Below, piece after piece: positions 52,617 through 64,000 of a DNA stretch of 64,000 nt (position 1 is the first letter of the stretch; the number at the start of each line of letters is the position of its first letter). The DNA lies in assembly GCA_963796285.1 (NCBI GenBank), contig CAWCKW010000012.1, positions 1,504,001-1,568,000 on the forward strand. Direction: 5' to 3'. The notes under the pieces were generated by a model, which saw nothing but the letters and a program-made list of their open reading frames with translations, had not been told where the DNA came from and ran no database searches. This DNA comes from Nitrospirota bacterium. GTDB taxonomy: Bacteria; Nitrospirota; UBA9217. Made by a program: the position numbers and the translations under genes.

Positions 52617-53333
52617 TCCATACAGTGCCTCTGCCAGGCCGATCGCAACATAGGTTATTGAAACAAAAAACAGGACGAGCGCCGGATGATAGGCAACAAA
52701 CGCCAGAAATGCCGCGATAATGACCAGGATCCCGAAAGGACGGCGCTCCTTCAGATTGGCTTCCTTGATGCTATGATACGTGATGTTGCTCACCATGAGG
52801 CCGGCAAGCAGGAACGTCATCCCCAACACCCAGTAATCCTTGACCATCACATCGGCCAACCTCTCCAGTTTCCAGTTCTCAAGGTTCTCGATGACCTCTC
52901 CGTAGGCAAGTACCGTGGTGGCGATCACCAGAGCTGCTGCAGGCGTCGGCAGCCCGGTAAAATGTTTTTTCTCAGCGCCGCTCATCTGGACGTTGAACCT
53001 CGCGAGCCTGAGCGCCGCGCAGGCGACCAGGAAGAACGCACCAAGCCAGCCGACCTTGCCAAAGGCCGACAGCGTCCAGGTATAGACCAGGACACCCGGC
53101 GCGACACCAAAGGAGATCACGTCCGAGAGCGAATCTATCTCAATGCCGAAGCGCGTTGCCGTATGCGTTATCCGCGCGACCCAACCGTCCAAGACATCAA
53201 ACACCGACGCGATCATGATGGCCCACGCGGCCCGCTCGTAATCGCCGTTCAATGAGGCAATGATCGAATAGAACCCCGAGAACATGCTCGACAGCGTGAT
53301 CAGGTTCGGGAGTATGTATATCCCTTTTCTCAT
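52584..53333 (-). CDS. pssA: CDP-diacylglycerol-serine O-phosphatidyltransferase
   Basis: PNL.T, D.LDG.VAR, FG.E.DSL.D.ISFGVAP, ALRLARFN, F.GLP.P. Confidence 0.93.
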   Translation of the reverse strand: MRKGIYILPNLITLSSMFSGFYSIIASLNGDYERAAWAIMIASVFDVLDGWVARITHTATRFGIEIDSLSDVISFGVAPGVLVYTWTLSAFGKVGWLGAFFLVACAALRLARFNVQMSGAEKKHFTGLPTPAAALVIATTVLAYGEVIENLENWKLERLADVMVKDYWVLGMTFLLAGLMVSNITYHSIKEANLKERRPFGILVIIAAFLAFVAYHPALVLFFVSITYVAIGLAEALYGLLRRQKTASP

Positions 53334-53974
53334 TTCAACACCCCGATGACGTCCCGCGCTCCCTTGACGCGGTCGCCGACCTTTACCTTGAGGTCCGCGT
53401 CCTTGGGGAGGAAGATGTCCACCCGGGAACCGAACCGGATCAGGCCGTAACGTTCTCCGGTGCGTATGGCATCGCCCGGTTCGGCATAGCATACGATGCG
53501 CCGCGCGATCAGACCGGCGATCTGCTTCACCAGCACCTTGTGCTTCCCGTCCGAAATGACCATGGCGGTCTGCTCGTTGTCAAGCGAGGCCTTGTCCACG
53601 GACGCGACATGGAATTTGCCGGGATTGTATTTCACGGTCTCGACCGTGCCGCTGATCGGGGACCGGTTCACATGCACGTTGAACACGGACAGGAAGATAC
53701 TGATCTGCTTCACCTCCTGCTTCAGGTAAGTCGGTTCGAAGATGTCCTTCACCACGATCACCCTGCCGTCCGCCGGCGACACGACCGCGCCCGCGCCCTG
53801 GGGCACGGTGCGCTCCGGGTCACGGAAGAAGTACAGGACGAAGAGCGTAAGTGCGAGCGACACAACAGCGGTGTTCTTCCATCCGAGCGCGAACAAGAGA
53901 GCGGTGACGATCGCGAGCGGGATGATGAACGGCCAGCCCTCCGAAGCAACCGGTATTCCGTAGTTTTTCATCAT
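53330..53974 (-). CDS. psd: Phosphatidylserine decarboxylase proenzyme
   Basis: FFRDP.R, SPADG, IFLSVFNVHVNR.P, QIAGLIARRI, IRFGSRVD. Confidence 0.94.
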   Translation of the reverse strand: MMKNYGIPVASEGWPFIIPLAIVTALLFALGWKNTAVVSLALTLFVLYFFRDPERTVPQGAGAVVSPADGRVIVVKDIFEPTYLKQEVKQISIFLSVFNVHVNRSPISGTVETVKYNPGKFHVASVDKASLDNEQTAMVISDGKHKVLVKQIAGLIARRIVCYAEPGDAIRTGERYGLIRFGSRVDIFLPKDADLKVKVGDRVKGARDVIGVLK

Positions 53975-54028
53975 GCTGTTAAGGGTTTTCTCCTTACATC
54001 TGACTTCTTACTTCTGACCTCTGTCCCT

Positions 54029-55802
<1,774 letters not shown>

Positions 55803-55815
55803 TCCACATCCTGAA

Positions 55816-56289
55816 CTATTCACGGGTAATTGCCACCTTTCCTGTGCGTACGATCTCTTTGATCCCGATGGGCCTCAAGAGCTCGATGATCGCCGCGATC
55901 TTTTTTTCATCTCCCGTAATCTGGAAGGTATAGCTCTTCTGCGAAGAATCAACAACGCGCGCTCGGAAGATATCGGCGATCCGGAGCGCCTCTGCCCGGT
56001 GCTCGGCAGGAGCATTGACCTTGATGAGGCACATCTCCCTCTCTACGAACTCCTTTTCCGCAAGATCCGTGACCTTGATGACATCGATCAGCTTATTGAG
56101 CTGTTTGATGATCTGCTCGAGGATGCGTTCGTCTCCCGCGGTCACGATCGTCATCTGCGAGATCGTGGGATCGAGCGTGGGGCCGATCGAGATGGTCTCA
56201 ATATTGAACCCCCTGCCGCTGAAGAGTCCCGACACCCGCGACAGCACGCCGAATTTGTTTTCCACTAATACGGATATAATATGTTTCAT
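55816..56289 (-). CDS. ilvN: Acetolactate synthase small subunit
   Basis: [39 protein letters not shown]. Confidence 0.95.
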   Translation of the reverse strand: MKHIISVLVENKFGVLSRVSGLFSGRGFNIETISIGPTLDPTISQMTIVTAGDERILEQIIKQLNKLIDVIKVTDLAEKEFVEREMCLIKVNAPAEHRAEALRIADIFRARVVDSSQKSYTFQITGDEKKIAAIIELLRPIGIKEIVRTGKVAITRE

Positions 56290-56300
56290 AGGCTATTTTC

Positions 56301-56362
56301 ACTCCGCATTCCGCTTGTACCCGCGCTCTCGCCAGAGCAGGGTGAATTCCGCACTCCGCATT
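56301..56362. repeat. Heptamer repeat (ACTCCGC/ATTCCGC) with nested insert
   Basis: ACTCCGC ATTCCGC [31-nt insert] ATTCCGC ACTCCGC ATT. Confidence 0.65.
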
Positions 56363-56365
56363 GGC

Positions 56366-58105
56366 CTACTTCACCGCTTTCAGCTTCTTCTCTTCCTTTT
56401 TGCCCTCTTCTCCGAATATCATCTCATTGATGGACGCACCTGCGGGAACCATGGGGAAGACCTTTTCGTACCGCGCCGTCACAAAGTCCATGAACACCGT
56501 CCGCTTGGATTTGAGCGCTTCCTTGAGCACCGGCACTACGTCCACGGGCTTCATGGCGCGCAGGCCGACAGCTCCATAGGCCTCAGCCACCTTTACGAAA
56601 TCGGGCGTGCTGCCGAGGTCCACCGAGGAGTACCGTTCCTGGTAGAACAATTCCTGCCACTGTCTCACCATGCCGAGGAACCGGTTGTTCAGGATCACCA
56701 CCTTGACAGGGATGCGGTTCTCCACTGACGTGGCAAGTTCCTGGATGTTCATCTGGATGCCGCCGTCGCCGGAGATACAGAACACATCCCGGTTGGGATT
56801 GGCCACCTTGGCGCCAAGGGCCGCCGGGAACCCGTACCCCATGGTGCCGAGTCCGCCGGAGGAGAGCCAGTTCCGGGGTCTGTCGAATTTGTAGTACTGC
56901 GCGGCCCACATCTGGTGCTGGCCCACATCGGTCACGATGATCGCATCTCCCTTCGTGACCTCGTAAAGCTTCTCGACCACGAATTGCGGCTTGATGACGT
57001 CATCGGCATATTCGTACGAGAGCGGCCTTTCTTCGCGCCAGGCGTCGATCTGCCTGAGCCAGCTCTTGCGGATCGCGTCCCATGGCTCTTTGATCTGGTG
57101 GAGTTCCTTGTTGAGGTCCACCATCACATGTTTCACATCGCCCACGATCGGGATATCCACACGCACGTTCTTCCTGATCGAGGTCGGATCAACGTCGATA
57201 TGGATGATCTTGGCATCAGGCGCAAATCCCTCAACTTTGCCCGTCACCCGGTCGTCAAAGCGCGCGCCGATGGCGACAATGAGGTCGGAATTATGGATCG
57301 CCATGTTGGCATAGTACGTGCCGTGCATGCCGAGCATGCCGAGTGAGAGCGGATGCGTGCCGGGGAACCCGCCGATACCCATGAGGGTATGGGTCACCGG
57401 GATCCTCGTGATCTCGGCGAATTCGAGCATTTCCGCTGCGGCATTCGAAAGAATAACACCTCCGCCGATATAGGCGACAGGTTTTTTCGCTTTTGCTATG
57501 GCTTCCGCTGCCTGCTTGATCTGCCATTTATTCCCGGCAACGGTCGGATTGTAGCTCCTGATCTCCACCTTGTCCGGATAATGGAACTCAGCCTTGTTCG
57601 TCACGACATCACGTGGAAGATCGATGAGCACCGGTCCGGGTCGGCCCGTGGAGGCGATATAGAACGCCTCTTTGATCGTCTGGGCGATGTCCTTTACGTC
57701 CTTGACCAGAAAGTTGTACTTGGTACAGGGTCGCGTGATGCCGACGATGTCCGCTTCCTGGAACGCATCATTGCCGATCAGCGCCGTGGGCACCTGTCCG
57801 GTGAAGACCACGATCGGGATGGAATCCATGTATGCCGTGGCGAGGCCCGTGACCACGTTCGTGGCCCCTGGGCCGGACGTCACCAGGGCGACGCCGACCT
57901 TACCTGTAGAGCGGGCATAACCGTCGGCCATGTGGACCCCGCCCTGCTCATGCCGCGGCAGAATAATGCGGACATCCTTCTGATCGTAGAGGACGTCGAA
58001 TATCTTGAGTACGACGCCGCCTGGATAGCAGAAAAGCGTGTCGACCTTCTCTTTCTTCAAGCATTCAAGAAATATTTCTGCGCCCGTAATCTCTTTGTTG
58101 GACAT
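56366..58105 (-). CDS. ilvB: Acetolactate synthase large subunit
   Basis: YPGG, RHEQ, TSGPGATN, GMLGMHG, RFDDRVTG, DVGQHQMWAAQ, GDG, LGMVRQWQ. Confidence 0.97.
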   Translation of the reverse strand: MSNKEITGAEIFLECLKKEKVDTLFCYPGGVVLKIFDVLYDQKDVRIILPRHEQGGVHMADGYARSTGKVGVALVTSGPGATNVVTGLATAYMDSIPIVVFTGQVPTALIGNDAFQEADIVGITRPCTKYNFLVKDVKDIAQTIKEAFYIASTGRPGPVLIDLPRDVVTNKAEFHYPDKVEIRSYNPTVAGNKWQIKQAAEAIAKAKKPVAYIGGGVILSNAAAEMLEFAEITRIPVTHTLMGIGGFPGTHPLSLGMLGMHGTYYANMAIHNSDLIVAIGARFDDRVTGKVEGFAPDAKIIHIDVDPTSIRKNVRVDIPIVGDVKHVMVDLNKELHQIKEPWDAIRKSWLRQIDAWREERPLSYEYADDVIKPQFVVEKLYEVTKGDAIIVTDVGQHQMWAAQYYKFDRPRNWLSSGGLGTMGYGFPAALGAKVANPNRDVFCISGDGGIQMNIQELATSVENRIPVKVVILNNRFLGMVRQWQELFYQERYSSVDLGSTPDFVKVAEAYGAVGLRAMKPVDVVPVLKEALKSKRTVFMDFVTARYEKVFPMVPAGASINEMIFGEEGKKEEKKLKAVK

Positions 58106-58128
58106 AATAGCACCTATCGATAAACAGG

Positions 58129-58182
58129 GTAGCCGCAGGCCTTAGCCTGCGACAACGAACGCACCCGAAAGGATGCGGCTAC
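58129..58182. repeat. GTAG-type REP doublet
   Basis: GTAGCCGCAGGCCTTAGCCTGCG ... CGCACCCGAAAGGATGCGGCTAC; two hairpins in inverted orientation with GTAG/CTAC ends. Confidence 0.75.
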
Positions 58183-58191
58183 AAATCATTT

Positions 58192-59844
58192 TTACGCTTT
58201 CACGATCGCTCCGGTATTCGCCGAGGTGACCACCTTGGCATATCGCGCGAGCCATCCGGTCTTGATCTTCGGTTCCCGCGGCTTCCATTTTGCCAGCCGT
58301 TTCTTGATCTCCGCGTTGGATAGTTTTACTTCCAGCTTGCGGCCCGGGATATCGAGAACGATCTTGTCTCCGTTCCGAACGATGGCGATCGGCCCGCCCT
58401 CCGCTGCCTCGGGCGAGATGTGGCCGATGCACGGTCCGCGCGTGCCGCCCGAGAACCTGCCATCGGTCAACAGAACGACCGATTCGCCGAGCCCCATGCC
58501 GGAGATGGCCGAGGTGGGAGAGAGCATCTCACGCATGCCCGGCCCACCCTTGGGCCCTTCATACCGGATCACGATCACATGACCGGGCTTGATCTTGTTC
58601 GCGAGAATGGCCTTCATCGATTCTTCTTCCGAGTCGAACACAATGGCCGTGCCTTCGAACGTTTTCATGTTGTCGCTTACCGCGGTCTGCTTCACCACGC
58701 TGCCGTCCGGCGCAAGGTTGCCCTTGAGCACCGCGATCCCGCCCTCTTTGTGATAGGCGTTTTGCAAGGTCCGGATCACGTCATCGTTCCCGACGCGGCC
58801 TGACTTTGCATGCTCGATGATCGATCTGCCGCTCACCGTGGGTGAAGGTTTGAGCACCTTTGCGAAGCGGGACAGGACTCCCGGGATGCCGCCCGCGGCA
58901 TCCAGGTCCTCCATATAGGTAGGACCGCCGGGCAGCATGTTGCACAAATGCGGCGTCGTGCGGCTGATCTTGTCGAACGTGTCGATCGATAATGCAATGC
59001 CCGCCTCATGCGCGATGGCCGGGATATGGAGCGTCGTATTCGTGGACCCGCCGAGCGCCATGTCGATGCGGATGGCGTTCTCGAAGGCGTTCCTGGTCAT
59101 GATCTTGCGCGGAGTGAGACCTTCGTTCACCAGACCCACGATCCTCTTGCCGCTCTCGAAGGCGATCCTGCGCTTCTCGCCGGACACGGCGAGGGCGGTG
59201 GCGCATCCCGGCAGGCTCATGCCGAGCGATTCCGTGACGCAGGCCATGGTGTTTGCCGTATACATCCCCTGGCACGAACCGGGGCCGGGGCAGGCGCAGG
59301 TCTCGAGTTCCGCGAGGTCGATCTCGGACATCTCGCCTTTCCGCACCTTGCCCACTGCCTCGAATGCGCTGATCAGGTTCACGCGGTTGCCGCGATACTT
59401 CCCGGAGTACATGGCACCGGCGGTCACCACGATCGTCGGGATGTTGAGCCGCGCCGAGGCCATGAGCATGCCCGGCGTGATCTTGTCGCAGTTCGTGAGC
59501 AGCACGAGCCCGTCAAAGGCGTGTGCCATGGCAACGGATTCTACCATGTCCGCGATCAATTCGCGCGAGGCCAGGGAATAGTGCATTCCCATATGGCCCA
59601 TGGCAATGCCGTCGCAGATGCCCGGCACTCCGAAGAAGAGGGGCCATCCGCCGCCGGCGTGCACGCCCTTCTCTATGAACCGCTCCAGATCGCGCATGCC
59701 GATATGGCCCGGGATGAGGTCGTTCCAGCTCGTAGCCACGCCGATCATGGGCTTGGCAAGTTCGTCCCGGGTTATGCCTGTGGCGAATAAAAGAGACCTG
59801 TGCGGCGCGCGCTCCAGGCCTTTTTTGATACGGTCGCTTCTCAA
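58192..59844 (-). CDS. ilvD: Dihydroxy-acid dehydratase
   Basis: [55 protein letters not shown]; TTG start. Confidence 0.97.
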   Translation of the reverse strand: MRSDRIKKGLERAPHRSLLFATGITRDELAKPMIGVATSWNDLIPGHIGMRDLERFIEKGVHAGGGWPLFFGVPGICDGIAMGHMGMHYSLASRELIADMVESVAMAHAFDGLVLLTNCDKITPGMLMASARLNIPTIVVTAGAMYSGKYRGNRVNLISAFEAVGKVRKGEMSEIDLAELETCACPGPGSCQGMYTANTMACVTESLGMSLPGCATALAVSGEKRRIAFESGKRIVGLVNEGLTPRKIMTRNAFENAIRIDMALGGSTNTTLHIPAIAHEAGIALSIDTFDKISRTTPHLCNMLPGGPTYMEDLDAAGGIPGVLSRFAKVLKPSPTVSGRSIIEHAKSGRVGNDDVIRTLQNAYHKEGGIAVLKGNLAPDGSVVKQTAVSDNMKTFEGTAIVFDSEEESMKAILANKIKPGHVIVIRYEGPKGGPGMREMLSPTSAISGMGLGESVVLLTDGRFSGGTRGPCIGHISPEAAEGGPIAIVRNGDKIVLDIPGRKLEVKLSNAEIKKRLAKWKPREPKIKTGWLARYAKVVTSANTGAIVKA

Positions 59845-59906
59845 TGATGTTCTCCGTTAACGGAAATGATTGTAATTTTTAACATATATGGAGGGAAAGA
59901 GTCAAT

Positions 59907-59944
59907 AAAAAAATCCCCCTTTACGCTCTCTTGTAAAGAGGGAT
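59907..59944 (-). terminator. Intrinsic terminator upstream of the ilvD promoter
   Basis: ATCCCTCTTTAC / GTAAAGGGGGAT stem plus T tract, followed by TTGACT and an AT-rich -10 region. Confidence 0.75.
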
Positions 59945-59985
59945 CCTCACATCCTCCAGGGATGAATGAACACAAAAGGCAAGGT

Positions 59986-60246
59986 TTATTTACCTTGCCT
60001 TTGCTTTGTCAGGCCAGCTCCTACGCTGGTGCGCCTGATGATATCCATCATTCTGTCTTTTGCCGCCAGCTTCAGTTTCTGTATCCGCTTCCTCTCCACT
60101 TCTTGCTCAGGAGTAAGATACCGGTAGATCTCGAATGACATCAGCGTATCTTCAAGCTTCCTGTGCTCCTGCTCCCACTTCTGATAGTCCGGATTCTCGG
60201 TCCTGAGCCTTGCCATGAGTGCATCTTCTTTTACCTCCACATTCAT
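59986..60246 (-). CDS. DUF465 (YdcH-like) small protein
   Basis: L..ENP.Y....EH..L, LTPE.E.E.K...KLKL..KD; GGAGG upstream. Confidence 0.75.
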   Translation of the reverse strand: MNVEVKEDALMARLRTENPDYQKWEQEHRKLEDTLMSFEIYRYLTPEQEVERKRIQKLKLAAKDRMMDIIRRTSVGAGLTKQRQGK

Positions 60247-60392
60247 AATGCGTCCCTCCTTTAGGGTTAAATGTTTGTGAGAAGGTTTTGGAAAAGAGCA
60301 GTGTATGGTATGTACAAAAAAGTTATCATATTTCATGTGAAAAGGCAATAGCGAAATAGTACTTAAAAAACAATATATTAACAAACCTCATA

Positions 60393-60884
60393 CTACGTTA
60401 CCAGGCTCTTGAACACCCCCTGCTCCAGAACCATCACCACGGCATCTTCGATCGGCGTATCGTAATACTCCCGCCGCACGGACGTACCCGTGAACCCGAG
60501 GTCTGAATAAAGCTTCTGGGCCGCTGTGTTCGAAGCCCGGACCTCAAGAAAGGCCCTTGCGGCACCCTTCTGATGAGCATGCTTCAGCCCTGCCAGTACC
60601 AGCTTTCTAGCTACCCCCTGCCTTCTCTGCTCAGGTGTTGTCGCCAGGTTCAGGATGTGCATCTCGTCGGCTACAATCCAATACACGATATAACCAACCA
60701 CGTTCCTCAACAACGGATCATCGGCAAGCGCGACCAGGAGAGTGGAAACAAGAGGACTGCGGAATTCGGAAAGGAACAGGTTTCTCGACCAGGGCATGCT
60801 GAATGAGGCTTGCTCGATCGCGAGGACCTGGTCGATGTCCTCTTTATGCATGAGATCTATCGTGATTGCGCCCTCTTTTCCCAT
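60393..60884 (-). CDS. rimI: Ribosomal protein S18 N-acetyltransferase
   Basis: IE..SF..PWS, E.HILNLA, FLEVRASN..A..LY, R..YY..P.EDA. Confidence 0.92.
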   Translation of the reverse strand: MGKEGAITIDLMHKEDIDQVLAIEQASFSMPWSRNLFLSEFRSPLVSTLLVALADDPLLRNVVGYIVYWIVADEMHILNLATTPEQRRQGVARKLVLAGLKHAHQKGAARAFLEVRASNTAAQKLYSDLGFTGTSVRREYYDTPIEDAVVMVLEQGVFKSLVT

Positions 60885-61555
60885 GCCACCTCTGCCTCGG
60901 GCCTTCGGATATACATTGGCGTCAAGGTGTCCGGGTCAGCCTGGTTTCCGCTCTTGATCATATCGAGTCCGATCTCAGCTACAGCAGCCGCCGAGGGGAG
61001 AATAGCCGAGATCGGCGCGAACAGGGCCCGGTCGCCGAATAGTTCCATGATGTCCGTGCGGAAGAGACGGGACGCCTCGCCGGTAAAAATGGTCTTTTCG
61101 GATATCCGCTCGGAGAGCCGCGATAGAGAGACCACTGCCTCGGCCATGCCATAGACAAGAGCGGGCCCCTCGAACCGGTAGGTCGCCGCATACACCTCGT
61201 TCTTTCGCGCGTCGAGCATCGGGCAGACCGGGTACGCCGCATAAGGCAGGTTCCACGCCAGCGCCTTGAGCGTCGGTACGGCGGCAACCGGCTTCCCCGT
61301 GACGAGCGCCAGCCCCTTGACCGCGGCCAGCCCGATCCTGAGGCCGGTGAACGAACCCGGCCCGATCGCGACAGCATAGCCATCCATATCGGCTATCTGG
61401 AAGCCCGTGTCCGTCAGCACGCGGTCCACCGTGGACATCAGGCGCTCGGAGTGCGTCACTTCGATGTTCAGGCTGTACTGTGCAATGATGCCGTCTTCGG
61501 AGACGATCGCAACGCTGCCGGTCTTGGTGGATGTCTCGATGCCGAGGATGAACAT
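60857..61555 (-). CDS. tsaB: tRNA t6A biosynthesis protein TsaB
   Basis: ILGIETST, HSE.L, GPGSFTGLRIG, DARK.EVY, P.YIR. Confidence 0.94.
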   Translation of the reverse strand: MFILGIETSTKTGSVAIVSEDGIIAQYSLNIEVTHSERLMSTVDRVLTDTGFQIADMDGYAVAIGPGSFTGLRIGLAAVKGLALVTGKPVAAVPTLKALAWNLPYAAYPVCPMLDARKNEVYAATYRFEGPALVYGMAEAVVSLSRLSERISEKTIFTGEASRLFRTDIMELFGDRALFAPISAILPSAAAVAEIGLDMIKSGNQADPDTLTPMYIRRPEAEVAWEKRAQSR

Positions 61556-61561
61556 GAAGGT

Positions 61562-61590
61562 AACTTACAGAAAAAACCAGGACATGTCAA
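61562..61590 (-). promoter_or_regulatory. Sigma70 promoter of tsaB, likely leaderless
   Basis: TTGACA-17-TAAGTT, 6 nt before ATG. Confidence 0.65.
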
Positions 61591-61642
61591 AGCAAAATAA
61601 CAGAAAACGAGATCATGAGCAGAGGCGCGCGACATGTTCTCA

Positions 61643-62518
61643 TCACTGAAACCGGCCGACCATGAAACCTGCGCCTATCCTGCTGGTGTACCGGTTATAA
61701 TCGATCAGGCTTTCGCCGTACCCGTCAAATGCCTGGATATAGAAAGAAACGTCGTTCCTGATCGGGATAGCAAGTTCGATCTGCAGGGAACCCCGGTTAT
61801 CGTGAGGGCGTAGATTGTCCCGTCCGGTCATCAGCACGGAGAACGCCTTGTCCCGGTATTCAGCGGTCAGTTCTCCATAACCCAGGAACCGCGAAATGTC
61901 GGGGTTATCGTCGCCCCGCGCGTCCGTAGACAACTTCTTTGCCGACTCGGGAATGCGGTACCACGGCTTCAGGCCGATGGTGATCCGCTCCCAGTCGAGC
62001 TTGGCCTCAGCGTACAGCCTGTTCCAGCTCCTCGATTCAAGACCGCCCCTGCCGTTCGATTGGTGTATGAAGCTGACCACGGTCCTGATCCGCTCCAGCC
62101 CCAGCAGTGTTGAACCGGTCTCAAAGGCGGCCATTGCCTCGGGCGCGTAGTTCGTCTCCCGGAACGACGATGAGTAGTCGGTGTTGAACATCTGCCAGTA
62201 CGAGACCTGAGTGTAGCCGATCGCGGCCTTGCCGTTCCAGAACGGGATCGTGCTGACCGGGATCTTGAAGCTGAGCTGGAACTGCACTTCGACTTCCTGG
62301 AGAGTCGGGTCCTGAGTGTCCAATGTCCGGTCGAAGGCTCCGATAAAGTACAGGGGTTTGTACGGCTCAAGCCTGAAGATATCGCCTCCGGTCCCCGTCG
62401 CCTGGCTGAACACTTGCCCGTATGCGGCGTCCGCGTTCAAGTGCATCAAGCAGAGCACGCAGCACGTGAACATGAAGAGTCGTCGATGGATATGCCTGAG
62501 CATTGTTATGAGCAACAT
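61643..62518 (-). CDS. pldA: Outer-membrane phospholipase A
   Basis: FQLSFK, YTQ.S.WQ, FRETNY.PE, HQSNG...SRSWNR, GYGESLIDYN; start uncertain. Confidence 0.92.
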   Translation of the reverse strand: MLLITMLRHIHRRLFMFTCCVLCLMHLNADAAYGQVFSQATGTGGDIFRLEPYKPLYFIGAFDRTLDTQDPTLQEVEVQFQLSFKIPVSTIPFWNGKAAIGYTQVSYWQMFNTDYSSSFRETNYAPEAMAAFETGSTLLGLERIRTVVSFIHQSNGRGGLESRSWNRLYAEAKLDWERITIGLKPWYRIPESAKKLSTDARGDDNPDISRFLGYGELTAEYRDKAFSVLMTGRDNLRPHDNRGSLQIELAIPIRNDVSFYIQAFDGYGESLIDYNRYTSRIGAGFMVGRFQ

Positions 62519-62750
62519 GGCCCCTCCCCTGAAAGTGTGATGTCGATGAAAAATTCGCCGCGCGGGGCGGCAAACTGGTCTTCCGCCAAATCCCTTGCAT
62601 ACCTGGAGATGAGTGCTGTTCGTTAATGAATGCGGCCACTTTATATGATACGGCGAATTCCTGTCAAGAATATCACTGAAGATGTCGGTGAGTTATCCGA
62701 TAGCGAGGGAACGTGCGTCACAACAGGTGCAACATCGTCCTGCGTGCATG

Positions 62751-63353
62751 TTAGAGCGCTGCCAGCCTACGTCCAGCCTCGCGCGCCTTGCGCAGCATGT
62801 TGTCCGGAACAACCGTCTTCTGCTTTTGGGCGCTCAGCCCCGCAAAAAGCGAGGCGACCGGCTTTGCGCCCATCGTCTCCGCTATAATGCGGAGCGCGCG
62901 CGGAGCTCCGGTAAAGAACCTGCCCATGATCGCCGGCATCGCGCTCGAGGTGATAAGAACGGCTTTCTTGTCCCGAGCTTTTTTTCTCAGCACATATCCC
63001 CCCTTGCCCCACGGCCAGTACGTGAGGCACACGAGCCGTTCCATGAATCTCCGGGTAATGGCATTCAGGTTGAAGCAGTTCACCGGCGCGCCGATCACGA
63101 TCCCGTCCGAGGCATCGTATCTGTCGAGGATGCCGGCCATGTCGTCCCGATGAACGCACTCACCGCGCCCAGTCCCCGGTTGTTGCGTGCAGGTCCTGCA
63201 ATTCGTGCAGAACTCGACATGCTTGTCGATAAGATAGATTTTCTCCGTCTCAGCACCCTGCTCTTCAGCAGCGGACAGGACCGCCTGGACCAGGGCATCG
63301 ATCGTTCCGTTTCTGCGATAGCTGCCGACAATGCCCAGTATTTTTTTCCCCAT
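62751..63353 (-). CDS. Flavodoxin family / iron-sulfur flavoprotein-like protein
   Basis: GIVGS.R..G, FCTNCRTC, C...DDM, GAPV. Confidence 0.8.
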   Translation of the reverse strand: MGKKILGIVGSYRRNGTIDALVQAVLSAAEEQGAETEKIYLIDKHVEFCTNCRTCTQQPGTGRGECVHRDDMAGILDRYDASDGIVIGAPVNCFNLNAITRRFMERLVCLTYWPWGKGGYVLRKKARDKKAVLITSSAMPAIMGRFFTGAPRALRIIAETMGAKPVASLFAGLSAQKQKTVVPDNMLRKAREAGRRLAAL

Positions 63354-63699
63354 GTGCCGCACCTCCTTGTGAATTATAGCATCGTTTTCGGAATGCAGCG
63401 AAGGTAATGGCCGGCGACAGGTTGAGCAGCAAAACCTTCCAATAGCCACGATGATCAAATAGCGCGTTGTGTCTATTTATTATTTTTTGCGGCTGAACGT
63501 CACTGATTCCTTGACGCCGGACCCCTGCCCTTAATTCTTTGAGAAACAGAGGTGAATGGAGAATGTCCCTAAAAAGTTAAAGGAATCCTTTTGTTTGATT
63601 CCGGTAATTCGGAGGGGTGCTATACTTACGTCATATAAAATGTTCATGACAACATGACAATACAACGGATTATGAAAAAATATATTAAGGAGGCTCGCA

Positions 63700-64000
63700 A
63701 TGCCGATACGAAAGGCTGAAGCCGTATGGGAGGGAAATCTTAAAAAAGGAAAGGGGCGCATGAAATTCGGGAGCGGGGCCTTTGAGGGCAGCTATTCCTT
63801 TGCGTCCCGTTTCGAGGAGGGGCCGGGAACGAATCCCGAAGAGCTGATCGGAGCTGCCCATGCCGGATGCTTCTCCATGGCCCTGTCCATGATACTTGAT
63901 ATGTCAGGATATGCCCCGGAGCGCATCCACACAGTCGCCCGGGTGCACATCGAGAAGGTCGGAGAGGGGTTCAAGATCACGACCATCGAGCTCGAGACCG
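63700..64000 (+). CDS. osmC: OsmC-family peroxiredoxin, truncated by window end
   Basis: A.W.G.LK.GKG, YSF.SRFE.G.GTNPEELIGAAHAGCFSMAL; AAGGAGG upstream. Confidence 0.93.
   Translation, partial: MPIRKAEAVWEGNLKKGKGRMKFGSGAFEGSYSFASRFEEGPGTNPEELIGAAHAGCFSMALSMILDMSGYAPERIHTVARVHIEKVGEGFKITTIELET

Noticed and set aside
52574-52621. Alternative-frame 15-aa ORF MDCSGDRRPPLLNPF overlapping the pssA end as a leu leader
   Set aside because: Its Leu-Leu codons lie on the antiterminator, so stalling there would favour termination under leucine starvation, the wrong logic; worth a control mutation only.

Overview
Bacterial chromosomal window, mostly housekeeping genes on the minus strand. Gene content and order suggest an anaerobic diderm such as Nitrospirota or Desulfobacterota (inference, not a database result). 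Main blocks: (1) 1-6.5 kb accessory patch with an Fe-S/DUF3786 protein, a beta-helix lipoprotein, a putative PD-(D/E)xK-like protein, an IS30 element with clear ends inserted in a small membrane gene, and a KAP-family NTPase; (2) ftsY-zapA-6S RNA-rarA-rny-ymdB-xseA-[HEAT + HD-GYP]-xseB-ispA-dxs-tlyA; (3) yhaM and iscR-iscS-iscU-tusA; (4) TrmH, PAP2, tRNA thiolase-like, APH kinase + P-loop kinase, RpoD-like sigma factor, pyrF-pyrE; (5) HNH, DUF362, a solitary integron-type cassette with an attC site, a receiver-LpxC fusion, suhB, a decaheme cytochrome; (6) tsaB-rimI, ilvD-ilvB-ilvN-ilvC-psd-pssA-leuA-leuC-leuD-leuB-asd-asd, pldA, partial osmC. Many conserved genes carry frameshifts, most likely long-read indel errors. 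Best leads: a terminator/antiterminator switch before leuA whose antiterminator lies in the last codons of pssA just after a Leu-Leu pair; a response-regulator receiver fused to an intact LpxC; an integrase-less attC cassette behind divergent promoters; a HEAT/HD-GYP pair sharing an N-terminal domain; recurring heptamer-repeat hairpins between operon genes; and several apparently leaderless genes. All calls are by eye from motifs; no searches were run.
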